From Paraspadella gotoi (Eukaryota; Animalia; Chaetognatha): a stretch of 64,000 nucleotides of DNA. Within the stretch, counting starts at the first letter, position 1; each line of letters opens with the position of its first letter. Positions 22,903 through 36,630 of the stretch are shown here, piece by piece. A program made the translations under genes and the position numbers. The stretch spans positions 4,014,862 to 4,078,861 of the forward strand of contig CM119271.1 in assembly GCA_051294375.1 (NCBI GenBank), written 5' to 3'. The notes under the pieces are model-generated. The model did not search any database, was not told where the DNA came from, and worked only from the letters and a program-made list of their open reading frames with translations.

Positions 22903-23425
22903 CTTTGATTGTTCCTTATAACGCTTTGGCTCGAGTTCCCCTTTGTTTACTTCCAGGATAAACAAATCCTTTCCTTTTTACCTTTTTTCCTTCCTTTTCT
23001 TTCTTCCCTTTCCCCCGATTTTCTTCTCCGGTTTTCTTTGTTCTCCTTTCCACCTTTTTCTCTCTTGAGGAAAATTACCGGGTGTTTATGTTCAAATGAA
23101 ATCATAAGAACACTAGCTAATGTAAATAAGCTATTTTTATTAAATAATTTTGAGAAAATCTTTATCAAAGTTCATCCATAATATTTATTAAAATATTACT
23201 AATAATTAATTAGAGCACAATATTTAAAATAGATAGTTTACCATCACTCGAATATAAACACGGGGTAGGTGTGCTCTGTTTCCATTTCGTAGGCTTGGAT
23301 CGTTTTTTTTTGTTCATTGTTTGTTAAATTATAAAACAAGGACTAAAAGATTTGTTTTAATTCTCTTTTATTACTCTTTCCCCTACCTCTTAAACAGAAA
23401 ATATTATTTTCATTTTTTAGAATCA

Positions 23426-23472
<47 letters not shown>

Positions 23473-24047
23473 TCCCATTGTTTTCTCAACTCATACTTCT
23501 TCCCTCCTTTCTCAGGTCATTTCCTTTCCAAACAAAGAGAGAAGTATGGAGTCTGTCGAAAAGAGAATTCACTCTTTCCCAATTTAAATAGAAATTTCCT
23601 CTTTTTTTTTCTCTCTTCTTTGAGGATAAGTTTTCGTTTTGGTCCTTCGTGAAAAATTACAGTTGCGCTGACAAGATCTTATGTTTGATATGACAACAAT
23701 AATCTAGTCAGATATTGTTTCATTTCCTTCACAAATCTCCGATGAATAACTTTTTTAAAGGACGTAAACTTTTTATAAGAATAAATTTATGTTTCAAGTT
23801 AGTACATTTATAATTCTACTGAGTCTGAATACAAAGTTGTTATTTTTTTTAATACTCTTTTTTGAAGGTAAAAACGTCGAATTTGTAATATACATTTATG
23901 AATAAAGGTTTATATAAAATGATATTGTATGAGATAATAAATATATTTTATACGATATTTGGTACAAATAAACTAAACATCTCATAATATTTTTTTTTCT
24001 ATGAAGAAATGGAATAGGAAACGGTAGTAGGTGTTGCCGCACTCAAT

Positions 24048-24620
24048 AGGGTGAGTCAAAAATTTAGAGTGAGTACATGCTCAAACGAATATTTAGACAT
24101 TTTTATGAATACTTTCAATGGACAAAAATTTTCTAATATGGCTCTAAACCCTAGTAATTAATTTTTAATATTTATTTATAGATAGGAAAGGCCAAAAATT
24201 TTTTGTGGAAGTTTTAAATTTTAAGAGCAGATTCAGATAGATCTAAAAAGTTGTCTACACAAAGTATGATTTTTTTTAAATATTTTTACGATAAGTGTGT
24301 CAAAAATAAGAAAAACTGCAAAAAATCATCATCATCGTCATCTTTTGATGATTTTATCAGTTTTTTTATATTTTCACTTAGAAAACATAAGAATTTTTAA
24401 AAGCTGTAATTATTTTCTTGTTTAAACTTTTTATGCTCTATCAGAAATCCATCAAATAAAATTTAGGATTTTAAAAAAATATTTTTTGCTCTATATAGTA
24501 ATATGAAATTGGTACAACCAATATAAAAATTATCCATTCATTTAATAAATAAGCTATCTTGCCCCTGACTTTGGACAGGCTTTGGTGGTTTAAGGCCTCC
24601 ATCACTCTTACAAGATAATA
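24048..24620 (+). repeat. Dispersed AT-rich repeat (putative non-autonomous DNA element)
   Basis: Shares tagtaattaattt..tatttatttatagataggaaa, gcagattcagatag and gctctatcagaa with 56275-56865 (+), 42340-42935 (-) and 47112-47735 (-). Its right-hand ~110 bp recur at 61802-61909. Confidence 0.7.
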
Positions 24621-25152
24621 TTTTTAATTAGGCGAGTACCCTCAGAAGAAAGCATTTTTGACAAAAAATATTTTAATACCATAATCTATGGTCATGATAG
24701 ATTATTTTAACGCTGTATACATTAGCATTTAAATTTCATCGGCTATGGCTAACAGTAGATAATAATAATATAATATATATTCAAGATTTTTTTCAAATAA
24801 TAATAATATAATATAATAATATATCGCATAATAAAATTGCGTCTCGAACAAGAAGAAAAAAAAAACTGATTCGGGATTGGGTCCGTCATCAACAACAACA
24901 ACAACAAACACCAACAACAACAACACCCCCCTCCGATTCGAAACAAAAGGGCGCGTGGGGCGCGGGGACCAAAGAAATATGAGGAGAGAAAAAAAATGAA
25001 TGGAGTGGTGGGGTGGGGTTGGGAGCCAGCGGGGTCGATTCCATGAGGTCAAGGGTCAAGTCCGCAAGAAAAGTTTGATTAAAGGGTCGGGATTATTGAA
25101 GAACGAGGGCGGAATAGTTTATAGATGGGGGAGGGAGAAGGAGTGAAATAGA

Positions 25153-25193
<41 letters not shown>

Positions 25194-26149
25194 ACAGGGG
25201 AGGAGGTTCGTAGAGAGGAGTTAAAGCTGTGGGCGAAGGTCGATAATGTAAGTAAAGAGAGATAGATGGAGGAACAGGTAAAAAAGAGAGAGAGAGAGAG
25301 AAGTAAAGAGAGAAGTAAAGAGAGAAGAAATGAGAAAAAAAAGACCGAGAGTGCAATGAAACGCTTATTTCAGCTTATAAAGCCGTGCTATTCGAATTTT
25401 TTTCCCTTTTAATCTAATTTGCATATGGTAGTAATCTTGTTTAAATCTGTTGGTGGGAAAGAGGTTCGCGGGTATTCCTATAAAGTAAGTAGAGACTTTT
25501 TGAAAGCGTCGGAGTTCAACGATTGTACGAAGTTCGTTCGCCACCTACAGTGGACCTGAACGTTTTTGGCGGGAATTTATTGGTGGTCATTAGTATAAGA
25601 CTTTCACGGCGGCTCTTAGTGATTTGAATGCCTATTTCATTTCGCCGAGCCGTTGCTATGCTATTTCCATGAGTGAAAAGGAAGGGAAACAAAATTACCA
25701 TCATCATTCATCACCTTCCTTTCATCATTACGCATTTTCTTTGTTATTTGACAACGAAACAAAACGGGTTTTCCCCATGAAGACTTTTCTCACTCGCGAA
25801 AAAAAAAAAACTAAAGAAGATTTCGAAATAACTTAACTCGTTAGTCTCACCGAAAAAAAAAAATATCAGTCTCGCACCCCCAAAAATATCATCGGTCAAA
25901 CTATCGCATCGTGAACTGCATAACTCTATCAAGAATCATTTCATTGAACGTTTACTGCGCGTAGTTCTCCTCGAGCTGCCGAAATTTATCATACAAACAT
26001 TTTTTAACCTCGTTAAGATTTTACGGACTCATGAAAAGCCTCATCGGCAAACGTCATTAGCGGGTCAATGACGAAACAATTAGCGTCCAACCGGAGTGGA
26101 AGAGATAAAACCTCATTCGGAGGCTTTTTTCATGCGGACCGCGAGTTCC

Positions 26150-26815
26150 TTCAATTATCTTTCCGACGCCTTTTCTTCAATCCACTCCGAAGGAAGGTCA
26201 TCAGCGTGAGTCGTCGTTTTCGCCGTCGTCGTCGTCGTCGTCTTTCCTTATCGTAGTCGTCTTCGTCGTCGTCTTGGTCGGCGAAGCGGTCGTCATCGAT
26301 GTCATCGTCGTCTTGTTCATTTTCATCACTGTCATCAATAATAGCTTCAGTGTCGTCGTTCTTTTCATTTCCAGCTACGTCAACGTCATCAGTGCAGTAT
26401 TTGTAGTTGTCGACTTGTCGTCCTTGTTGTCTTCGTTTTTTTTCATAGATTGTCTTAATCGTCATTATCTTCTTCATCATCGTCTTCATCATCGTCATTA
26501 TAGCCAGCGTATTCATCGATTTCGTCATCGTTGTCATCGTCTTTCTTATCGTCATCGTTGTCTTTATCATTATAGTAATCGTATTCATTGTTTTCATCAT
26601 CGTCTTTGTCGTCGTTGTAGTCTTCATTATAGTCGTTGTCTTCTTTTTCATTGTCGTTGTCAACTTCATCATCATCGTCGTCGACGTCTACATCATCATC
26701 GTCGTCTTCATCATCGTCGTCGTCGTCGTCGTTGTTTTCATCATCGTCTTTGTCGTCGTCGTAGTCTTCATCATCGTCATCGTCTTCTTCCCCATTGTCG
26801 TTGTCAACTTCATAA
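26150..26815 (-). repeat. (GAT/GAC)n low-complexity region, Asp/Glu-rich if coding
   Basis: Degenerate trinucleotide array; minus frame gives MSYEVDNDNGEEDDDDDEDYDDDKDDDENND...; internal ~145-bp repeat (ttgtcgttgtcaacttcat at ~26651 and ~26795). Confidence 0.75.
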
Positions 26816-29800
26816 GACACAGTTAGACAGTGATAAAAAGGTCTTGCCCACTTGATTGACTTGAAGGGACCGTGCTATAGAGCCACTCAGCCTTCCAAGG
26901 AAGATTAACCACCAATGAGTTCGGTAAATTACTATCGCCTGAGTGAACGCAAGCGGAATTCCTAGGATTTAGTCTTATTAACCTTCCCCTAGTAAAATGT
27001 GCCTAGGTCTTATGATTCGTCTGAGCTCAATAAATTTTAGTCCCAAGTCACTGGTTATTAACAGATTCATTAATAATGAGCCACAAATATGATGGTCTTC
27101 CACACAATTACCATTTTCTCTACAATTTTTAACACACCTTTGACACAAAACCATTAGTTTTTTAACCCAAAGATCCAATTAACCCCGCATTTTTATCCGC
27201 TACGCGTTGCTATATCACCCATTTTAGAATCGTAAAAAATTATCTTCTTTCAGCAGGACAAGGTATTAAAATTAATCAAATTTTATAGAGATCATTTTAA
27301 AAAATTCTCTTGTATTTATCCGCCAACAGGGAATGGTTGCCGAAACTACGACCCAACACTGTTAACAAGCTATAATACTTTGCCGTCTCTAGTTTTAAAG
27401 ATTTCTCGTCCCAACCAAAAGCTCGACCGCCACCCCTTTACTTTGATTTGGTTTTGGTTTTTCCGTGTCTCTGCTTGAACAGCCGCTGAGGAACCAGCCC
27501 ATGCATCGCCGCCCTGACGACGCCTCCAACGTCGAAAACTGTCTGTTGAATAGGGCGCCGGGGACTCTGTCTGGCGCTGCTTTCGTCCCGCAGCACCGAC
27601 GTCATCCCGGCTTGTCGCAACTCCCGGGAGGGACGATCTTCTGAATAGACGTTGATTTTCATCTCATGTCTTTGTCGTCGTCGTAGTCGTTCATTCATCG
27701 TTCATCGTCTTCTTCCCCCATTGTCGTTGTACAACATTCATACATCATCGTCGTCGTCGTCTCACATCATCGTTCGTCTTCTTTCGCGCGGTTCGTCGTC
27801 ATCTTCTTCATATCATCGTCCCGTCTTCATTCATCGTCTTCTTCGGCGTCGTTTCGTCGTCGTCTACATCATCGTCGTCGTCTACACATCTTCGTTCGTC
27901 GTCGCAAGTCCTCGTTGTCGTCGTCGTCTCGAGGTGTGGTCGGCGTCGGAAGTTGTTTCCAGGATCTCATTCAAAGGTCTCGCGGAGGAAAAAAGTGAGG
28001 GGAGTCGAAGGCGGAAGAAGGGTTGAGGGAAATTTGGGTGAGGGTGGGGGGGAGTTTGGGGCAGGGAAGAAGTATGGGGGTGGAGATAAAGTGGCTGGTT
28101 GCAAGGGAGTGAGCGTTAGGTAAAGTTCCCGAGGATAGCTGATCATGGAAGAGAAGACAGGTGAGACGGGGGGTGTGGAGTCGCACGGGCCGTGGAAACG
28201 AGGGGGGGAGGTATTCTAGAGATGAGAGAGAGGGAAGAGAGGATGAGAGAGCAGAGATGAGTCGAGGAGCTTACGTAAAAAAAGAAAAAGAAGCAGAAAG
28301 AGGATAAGAAGAAGCTTGGTTTTGGTGGAAGAGCGGTATGATTAGGCGGAGAGGAGAGAGATGAGAGAGAGACGAGAGAGGATAGAGCACTGAAGAGAGA
28401 GAGNNNNNNNNNNNNNNNNNNNNNNNNNAAACATTCATCATCATCGTCGTCGTTCGTCTCACATCCATCGTCGTCTTCTTCGCGCTGTCGTCGTCATCTT
28501 CTTCATCATCATCGTCCCGTCTTCATTCATCGTCTTCTTCGGCCGTCGTTCGTCGTCTGTCTACATCATCGTCGTCGTCTACACATCATCGTTCGTCGTA
28601 GGCAGTCCTCGTTGTCGTCGTCGTCTCGAGGTGTGGCGGCGTCGAGTTGTTTCCAGGATCTCATTCAAAGGTTCTCGCGCGAGGAAAAAGTAGGGAAGTC
28701 GAAGGCGGAGAGAAGGGTGAGGGAAATTTGGCGTGAGCCGGTGGGGAGGGCAGTTTGGGGAGGGAAGAAGCTATGGGGCGTGGGAGATAAAGTGGCTGGT
28801 TGAAGGAGGTGAGGTTATGTAAAGTTCCCGAGGATGCTGTCATGAAGCAGAAGACAGGGTTGAGACGGAGGGGTGTGGAGTCGAGGCCGTGGAAACGACG
28901 GGGGAGGTATTCTGAGAGAGAGAGAGGAAGAGCAGGATGAGAGAGCAGAGATGAGTCGAGGAGCTTCGTAAAAAAAAAGAAAAGCAGAAAAGAGGATAAG
29001 AAGAAGCTTGGTTTTGTCGGAAGAGCGTATGATTAGGCGGAGAGGTAGAGACAGAGAGAGAGACGAGAGAGAGAGCACTGAAGAGAGAGAGGAGAGAGAG
29101 AGAGAGGCAGAGTGAGAGACTCTCCTCCCACGAAAAGTGATGTTTCGACAAAACTATTTGAGAGAAGAAACTGAAAAATGAAGTGATGAATATATTTCTC
29201 CTCGCGGGTTTAGTCAGTTAGTTTTAAAATTCTTTAACTTCACTGACTATTTGCAATTCCTTGATATTTTAAATTGAAACATTTTTAAATCGAAACATGT
29301 CCGTATTAATATGTATTGCTAATAAAAACTTTGCAGTTAGCCCGAAACAACAAAAGTATTTCTTAGTTATTCTAAATCCAAACGCAACGAAAGGAATTCT
29401 ACAAGTGTGTGTTCCGGCAGTAGCCATGCCCATATTAATAAATGGGCAAAGTCATATCATATCACCGTGATCAAAGGGAAACACACATAAAAATAAGTCA
29501 CTGCGGGCGCAAACACATTGGAATATACCGTTCTTGTTAAAAAAAAAAAATTAACAAAGCTAGTAATTTTTCGTTCGTCTCGCTGACATGGAAGAATGGC
29601 GATAAGCAAGGAATGAAGGAATTGCCTGTCGTTCCTATTAGAATTCTAAGATTCGATGTTTTTAAATTTTGACGATCCAAATAATTAACAAAAACCCCAA
29701 AAAAACATTTGAACCTTTTAGAGCAACTGAACTTTTTTTTTCTTAAACTAATCAAACACTTTAGAAAAAACCCGCACACAATTTCCGAAAAAACCAACAA

Positions 29801-30260
29801 AAAAAAACAAACAAAAAAAACGCACAAATTCTTGAAGTGTACTTCCACACACCGTCGCGCTACGTCATCGGGTTGCTGCCCAGGAGCGAGATGAGGAGTG
29901 AAGAGGAAGCAGGACGATAGGAAAGAAGACGGATAACGCTAATCTGAGAGGCTGAGACTTTTGTACCGCGGGTTATTTCTCTCCTTCTCTCTCGAAAGAG
30001 CCCAGAGACCACGACAGTAATATACTTTTCTCTAGCCCGCCTTCTTACCAATTAGTGGAAACCCTCTTTCTTTTCAAACCAATCGCAGGAAACATTAATT
30101 CTCGTCGCAAACTAAGTCCTCTCGAAGCTTAGACTCGGGACGAACAAATAAAAAGAAAAGAAAAGAAAGAAAAAAAAGAAAAAAATCGATTCTGGTCAAC
30201 GAACGAGAAACGGGAACCGAATCCTGTCTCCCTTTTTTTTGCCGACCTCGACCAGCTTTT

Positions 30261-30302
<42 letters not shown>

Positions 30303-33300
30303 CTCTCTCGCTTTCGGTAATGCCGATATGGTCTAGTCTTTGCATGAGTTCTGATTGCCCGAGCGGAGAGCCTCTCTTTCAAAGTCACTCACTCCCGGGT
30401 CAGCGCCTGAGCCACTGTTAGAGAGAGAGAGAGAGGAGAGAGAAGAGAGAGGAGACGATGAAGAGAGAGAAGAAGACGAGGAGCAGCTACTGTTATTCTC
30501 CACATGATTGACTCGTGTTCTTCTCTCCCCGCCGCCTCCCCTGTCTCTCCGCAGTGCGTCCGCCACCGCTGCCACCGCCAGCCACCGCCGCCACCTCTGC
30601 CCGCCACCGCACACGCCACCTGCTAAGCTCACCCTCTCTTCCGCTTACATTTTCGCCTCTTTCGCCGCCAATGACTTCGTTATTCACTTTCCCTCACTCC
30701 GACACCTTTCAACTTACCTCACTAACTGCTCACTCCCGCCACCTGTAACTATCACCACGCGCTTGTCACTCCGGGCCCCACACTTCACCAACGCCTCCAC
30801 AACCACCAGCGCCACCTGTCACCAACCCCAACGTCACGTCCCTACTCCTTCCGCCATCTCTCTTCTCCAGACGTTTTCCCCTTCGCTTTATTTGTCGAGA
30901 TGACAAAAGACACTTTCGTCTTTCATATTTTTCGTTTTTGCCCCTCATTTTTTTTCTCCCGTTGATTTTCATCCTACTCTCTCTCTGTCTCTCTACTCTC
31001 TCTCTGTCTTCTCTCCTCTCGCCTCTTCATTAGGGCTTCTGCTTATTTCATTAACGCCGTTTCGAACAGATCACTTTTTCCATCTCTTCGTCGTCGTTCG
31101 GTCGTCGTCGTCCTCCGGCGTTGCTGCGTGGTCTTTTTTGGACTAGTGTCATATGGTTCGCTCTTTATTCGTTCGTCGGTTCTTTCATTATCTCGTCGTC
31201 GTTCATCTCCCCTTAGAGAGAGAGAGACTCTCCTCCCGAAAAGTGAGTTCGACAAACTATTTGAGAGAAGAAACTGAAAATGAAGGATGATATATTTTCC
31301 TCGACGGGTTTAGTCAGTAGTTTAAAATTCTTTAACTTACTGATATTGCAATTCTGTGATTTTTAATGAAACATTTTTAATCGAAACATGTCCGTATTTA
31401 ATATTATTGTTAATAAAACTTTGCAGTTGCCGAAACAAACAAAAGTATTTTAGTTATTCTAAATCCAAACGCAACGAAAGGAATTCTACAATGTGTGTGT
31501 TCCGCAGTGCATGCCATAAATAAATGGGCAAAGTCATATCATATCACGTGATCAAAGGGAAACACACATAAAAATAAAGTCACTGCGGCGCAACACATTG
31601 GAATTACCGTTCTTGTTAAAAAAAAAAAATTAACAAAGCTGTAAATTTTTCGTGTCTCCTGACTGGAAGATGGAAAGCAAGGAATGAAGGAATTGCCTGT
31701 CGTTCCATTAGAATTAAGATTCGATGTTTTTAAATTTGACGTCCAATAATTAAAAAAACCCAAAAAAAACATGAACTTTAGAGCAACGAACTTTTTTTAA
31801 ACTAATCAAAACTTTAGAAAAAACCCGACCAATTTCCGAAAAACCAAAAAAAAACAAAAAAACAATTCTTAAGTATTCCACCACCGTCGCGCTCGGATCG
31901 GGTTTGTGGCCAGAGGAGGATGAGGAGGAAGAGGAAGAGGAGAAGGAGAAACGGAACGCTAATTGGCTGAGACTTTGTCGCGGGTTTTTCTCTCTCTCTT
32001 CGAATCGCGAGGAACNNNNNNNNNNNNNNNNNNNNNNNNNACTCTTTTCCGACATACTACCCTCCCCCTCTCTTCGACCCCCCAGGATTCTCCCTTTCCC
32101 TTCGCAACTTCGACTTAATTAACCTTTCGATTTCGAAGAGAGAGAAAAACCCACGACCTACCCTAATCCCTCTTTCCCCCCCAGATCTCCTTTCCCTCAA
32201 CTTGACTTACCTCTGCGCCGTTCCTTGAGATTCGAAAGAAGAGAAAAACTCCGCGACTGTTTAACCCTCTTCGACTCTCTTCCCCCCCCCAGATCTCCCT
32301 TTTCCCTCCAACTTCGACTTTAACCTCTCCGTTCCTCGCGATTCGAAGAGAGAGAGAAAAACCAGCGACAAAGTCTCAGCCAATGTAGCGTTCCGTTTCA
32401 TCCTTCTCCTCTTGCCTCTTGCCTCCTCATCCTCCTCTGGCCACAAACCCGATCCGAAGCGCGACGGTGGTGGAATACTTAAGAATTGTTTTTTTTTGTT
32501 TTTTTTTTTGGTTTTTCGGAAAATTGGTCGGGTTTTTTCTAAAGTTTTGATAGTTTAAAAAAAAAGTTAGTTGCTCTAAAGTTCAAATAAGTTTTTTTTG
32601 GGTTTTTTTAATTATTTGGACGTCAAATTTAAAACATCGAATCTTAATTCTAATAGGAACGAACAGGCAATTCCTTCATCTCCTTGCTTAATCCCATCTT
32701 CGCCAGTCAGGAGAGACACGAAAAAATTACTAGCTTTGTTAATTTTTTTTTTTTAACAAGAACGTAATTCCAATGTGTTGCGCCGCAGTGACTATATTTT
32801 TATGTGTGTTCTTTGATCACGTGATATGAATATGACTTTGCCCATTTATTTATGGCAAAATGCTACTGCGGAACACACACATTGTAGAATTCTTTCGTTG
32901 CGTTTGGATTTAGAATAACTAAAATACTTATTGTTGTTTCGGGCAACTGCAAAAGTTTTATTACAATAATATAAATACGGACATGTTTCGATTTTAAAAA
33001 TGTTTCATTGAAAAATCACAGAATTGCAAATATCAGTTGAAGTTAAAGAATTTTAAACTAACTGACTAAACCCGCGAGGAAAATATATCATACTCATTTT
33101 TCAGTTTCTTCTCTCAAATAGTTTGTCGAAACATCACATTTTCGGAGAGGAGAGTCTCTCACTCTCGTCCTCTCTCTCTCTCTCTCTCTCTCTTCAGTGC
33201 TCTATCCTCTCTCGTCTCTCTCTCATCTCTCTCCTCTCCGCCTAATCATACCGCTCTTCCACCAAAACCAAGCTTCTTCTTATCCTCTTTCTGCTTCTTT

Positions 33301-35690
33301 TTCTTTTTTTACGTAAGCTCCTCGACTCATCTCTGCTCTCTCATCCTCTCTTCCCTCTCTCTCATCTCTAGAATACCTCCCCCCCTCGTTTCCACGGCCC
33401 GTGCGACTCCACACCCCCCGTCTCACCTGTCTTCTCTTCCATGATCAGCTATCCTCGGGAACTTTACCTAACGCTCACTCCCTTGCAACCAGCCACTTTA
33501 TCTCCACCCCCATACTTCTTCCCTGCCCCAAACTCCCCCCCACCCTCACCCAAATTTCCCTCAACCCTTCTTCCGCCTTCGACTCCCCTCACTTTTTTCC
33601 TCCGCGAGACCTTTGAATGAGATCCTGGAAACAACTTCCGACGCCGACCACACCTCGAGACGACGACGAACAACGAGGACGACGACGACGATGATGATGT
33701 AGACGACGACGATGATGTAGACGACGACGAAACGACGCCGAAGAAGACGATGAATGAAGAACGACGATGATATGAAGAAGATGACGACGAAGCCGAAGAA
33801 GACGAACGATGATGTAGACGACGACGACGATGATGTATGAAGTTGACAACGTACAATGGGGGAAGAAGATCGATGACGATGAGAATGAACGACTACGACG
33901 ACGACAAAGACATGAGATGAAAATCAACGTCTATTCAGAAGATCGTCCCTCCCGGGAGTTGCGACAAGCCGGGATGACGTCGGTGCTGCGGGACGAAAGC
34001 AGCGCCAGACAGAGTCCCCGGCGCCCTATTCAACAGACAGTTTTCGACGTTGGAGGCGTCGTCAGGGCGGCGATGCATGGGCTGGTTCCTCAGCGGCTGT
34101 TCAAGCAGAGACACGGAAAAACCAAAACCAAATCAAAGTAAAGGGGTGGCGGTCGAGCTTTTGGTTGGGACGAGAAATCTTTAAAACTAGAGACGGCAAA
34201 GTATTATAGCTTGTTAACAGTGTTGGGTCGTAGTTTCGGCAACCATTCCCTGTTGGCGGATAAATACAAGAGAATTTTTTAAAATGATCTCTATAAAATT
34301 TGATTAATTTTAATACCTTGTCCTGCTGAAAGAAGATAATTTTTTACGATTCTAAAATGGGTGATATAGCAACGCGTAGCGGATAAAAATGCGGGGTTAA
34401 TTGGATCTTTGGGTTAAAAAACTAATGGTTTTGTGTCAAAGGTGTGTTAAAAATTGTAGAGAAAATGGTAATTGTGTGGAAGACCATCATATTTGTGGCT
34501 CATTATTAATGAATCTGTTAATAACCAGTGACTTGGGACTAAAATTTATTGAGCTCAGACGAATCATAAGACCTAGGCACATTTTACTAGGGGAAGGTTA
34601 ATAAGACTAAATCCTAGGAATTCCGCTTGCGTTCACTCAGGCGATAGTAATTTACCGAACTCATTGGTGGTTAATCTTCCTTGGAAGGCTGAGTGGCTCT
34701 ATAGCACGGTCCCTTCAAGTCAATCAAGTGGGCAAGACCTTTTTATCACTGTCTAACTGTGTCTTGGGAGGGGGTAGGCGAGGTAAGGTTAATGGTTCGG
34801 CCCTTGAAACTAATGGGCGAAGATCCTCTCGTGAAATGACTGTCGCCTTCCGTGAAGGAGGAGAGATAATCTTCCTTATTTGGAAGAGGGTGAGAAACGT
34901 CCATCGGGAAGGTGTGTGATTTTTTTTTCTTTTTGCAGTTTTTAATCTGGCAAAAAGATTTTAGACATAGCCAGTAAATTTACCTTGAAATAAACAAAAC
35001 TGTTTTTTTATACATGTCAGTGAATTGTATTACGAGGGTAGTACTAGTGATTAAACTTTGTTTGGTGAAGGCTTCAATGAAAGCCGAAACTTGTTTGAAC
35101 AATAAAAATAAAATCGTTGATGTATCAAGACTTTGTCTTTAATTTCAAAGGGTAGTACTATATACAAAATAAGCTGACTGGGCTACTATATTTGTAAAAA
35201 AAAATAACTACAGATTAGTATTCACTAATATGATAGTTGGATCATAGATGGAGACGTTATTTATTGGAAAATATATACAGATACTGGAACCAATAATGAC
35301 AGAAGCTCCCAGGATAAACATTAGGTATAAATTAATGTGTTTAGTCAAAAAACGAGTGACCCACGAGGCACAAAATCCGTTTGTCCAAACCTCAGGTGAC
35401 AAGTTTGAGTCCCAAGTCAACATTTTTTTCTTATTCGTAACAGTTTACTTCTACGGTATTTTCGAAAGAGCCCAGAGACCACGACATATATCTTTTTCTC
35501 TGCCCGTTTTACAATTATGAACCCTTTCTTTCAAACCAATCGAGGAAACATTATTTTCGTCGCAACTAATCCTCTCGAAGTTAGACTCGGGACGAAAATA
35601 AAAGAAAAGAAAAGAAAAAAAAAAAGAAAAATCGATTCTGGTCAACGAACGACACGGAGAATTGTCTCCCTTTTTTGCGACCTCGACCAG

Positions 35691-35785
<95 letters not shown>

Positions 35786-36630
35786 CGGTAATGGCCGAAT
35801 GGTCTAGTCGTGTGATGAGTTCTGATTGCCGAGCGGAGAGCCCTCTCTAAAGTCACTCACTCCGCGGTCAGCCGTGAGCACTGTTAGAGAGAGAGAGAGG
35901 AGAGAGGAGAAGAGAGAGAGAGAGGAAGAGAGAGAGGAGAGAGAGACGGAGAGAGAGAGGAGGAGAGAGAGAGCTACTGTTATCTTCCACATCGATTGAC
36001 TCGTGTTTTGTCTCTCCCCGCCGCCTCCCCTGTCTCTCCCGCCAGTGGTAACCGCGCACCTCTGCCGCCACCGGACGCCACCTGCCTAGCTCACCCTCTC
36101 TTCCGCTGACATTTTCGCCTCTTTCGCCGCCAATGTCTGGTTTTCACCTCCCACACTCCACCACCTCTCACTACCTCACTGCTGCTCACTCCCGCCACCT
36201 GTAACTATCACCACGGTTGTCACTCCGGCCACATTTCACCAACGCCTCCACAACCACCAGCGCCACCTGTCACCAACCAACGTCACGCCCTCTCCTTCCG
36301 CCATCTTCTTCTCCGACGTTTTTCCCCTTCGCTATTTGTCGAGATGACAAAAGACACTTTGTCTTCATTTTCGTTTTTGCCTCATTTTTTTTCTCCCGTT
36401 ATTTTTTCATCCTCTCTCTCTCTGTCTCTCTCTCTCTCTCTGTCTCTCTCTCTCGCTCTTTCATTAGCGGCTTCTGCTATTCATCAACGCCGTTTCGAAC
36501 AGATTCACTTTTTCCATCTCTTCGTCGTCGTCGTCGTCGTCGTCCTCCGGCGTTGTGGTGGTCTTTTGTTGTTGACTAGTTGTCATAGGTTTTCGTCTTT
36601 ATCGTCGTCGTCTTCATTATCGTCGTCGTC
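26815..36630. repeat. Cluster of tandem and inverted self-duplications
   Basis: 26815-28400 is inverted at ~33190-34765 (identical ORF translations on opposite strands). 27730-28400 repeats at 28430-29100. 29110-29990 repeats at 31215-32015 and inverted at 32340-33170. 29990-31210 repeats at 35460-36630. Includes two 25-N gaps. Confidence 0.9.
29400..29540 (+). mobile_element. 3' end fragment of HINE family A
   Basis: gtcatatcat..gtgatcaaagggaaacacacat..cactgcgg(g)cgcaa(a)cacattgga..taccgttcttgtt matches the 3' end of the 52435-52784 element. Duplicated at ~31530-31620 and ~32755-32840. Confidence 0.6.

Noticed and set aside
26274-26855. His/Arg-rich 193-aa plus-strand ORF
   Set aside because: It is the antisense reading of the (GAT/GAC)n array.
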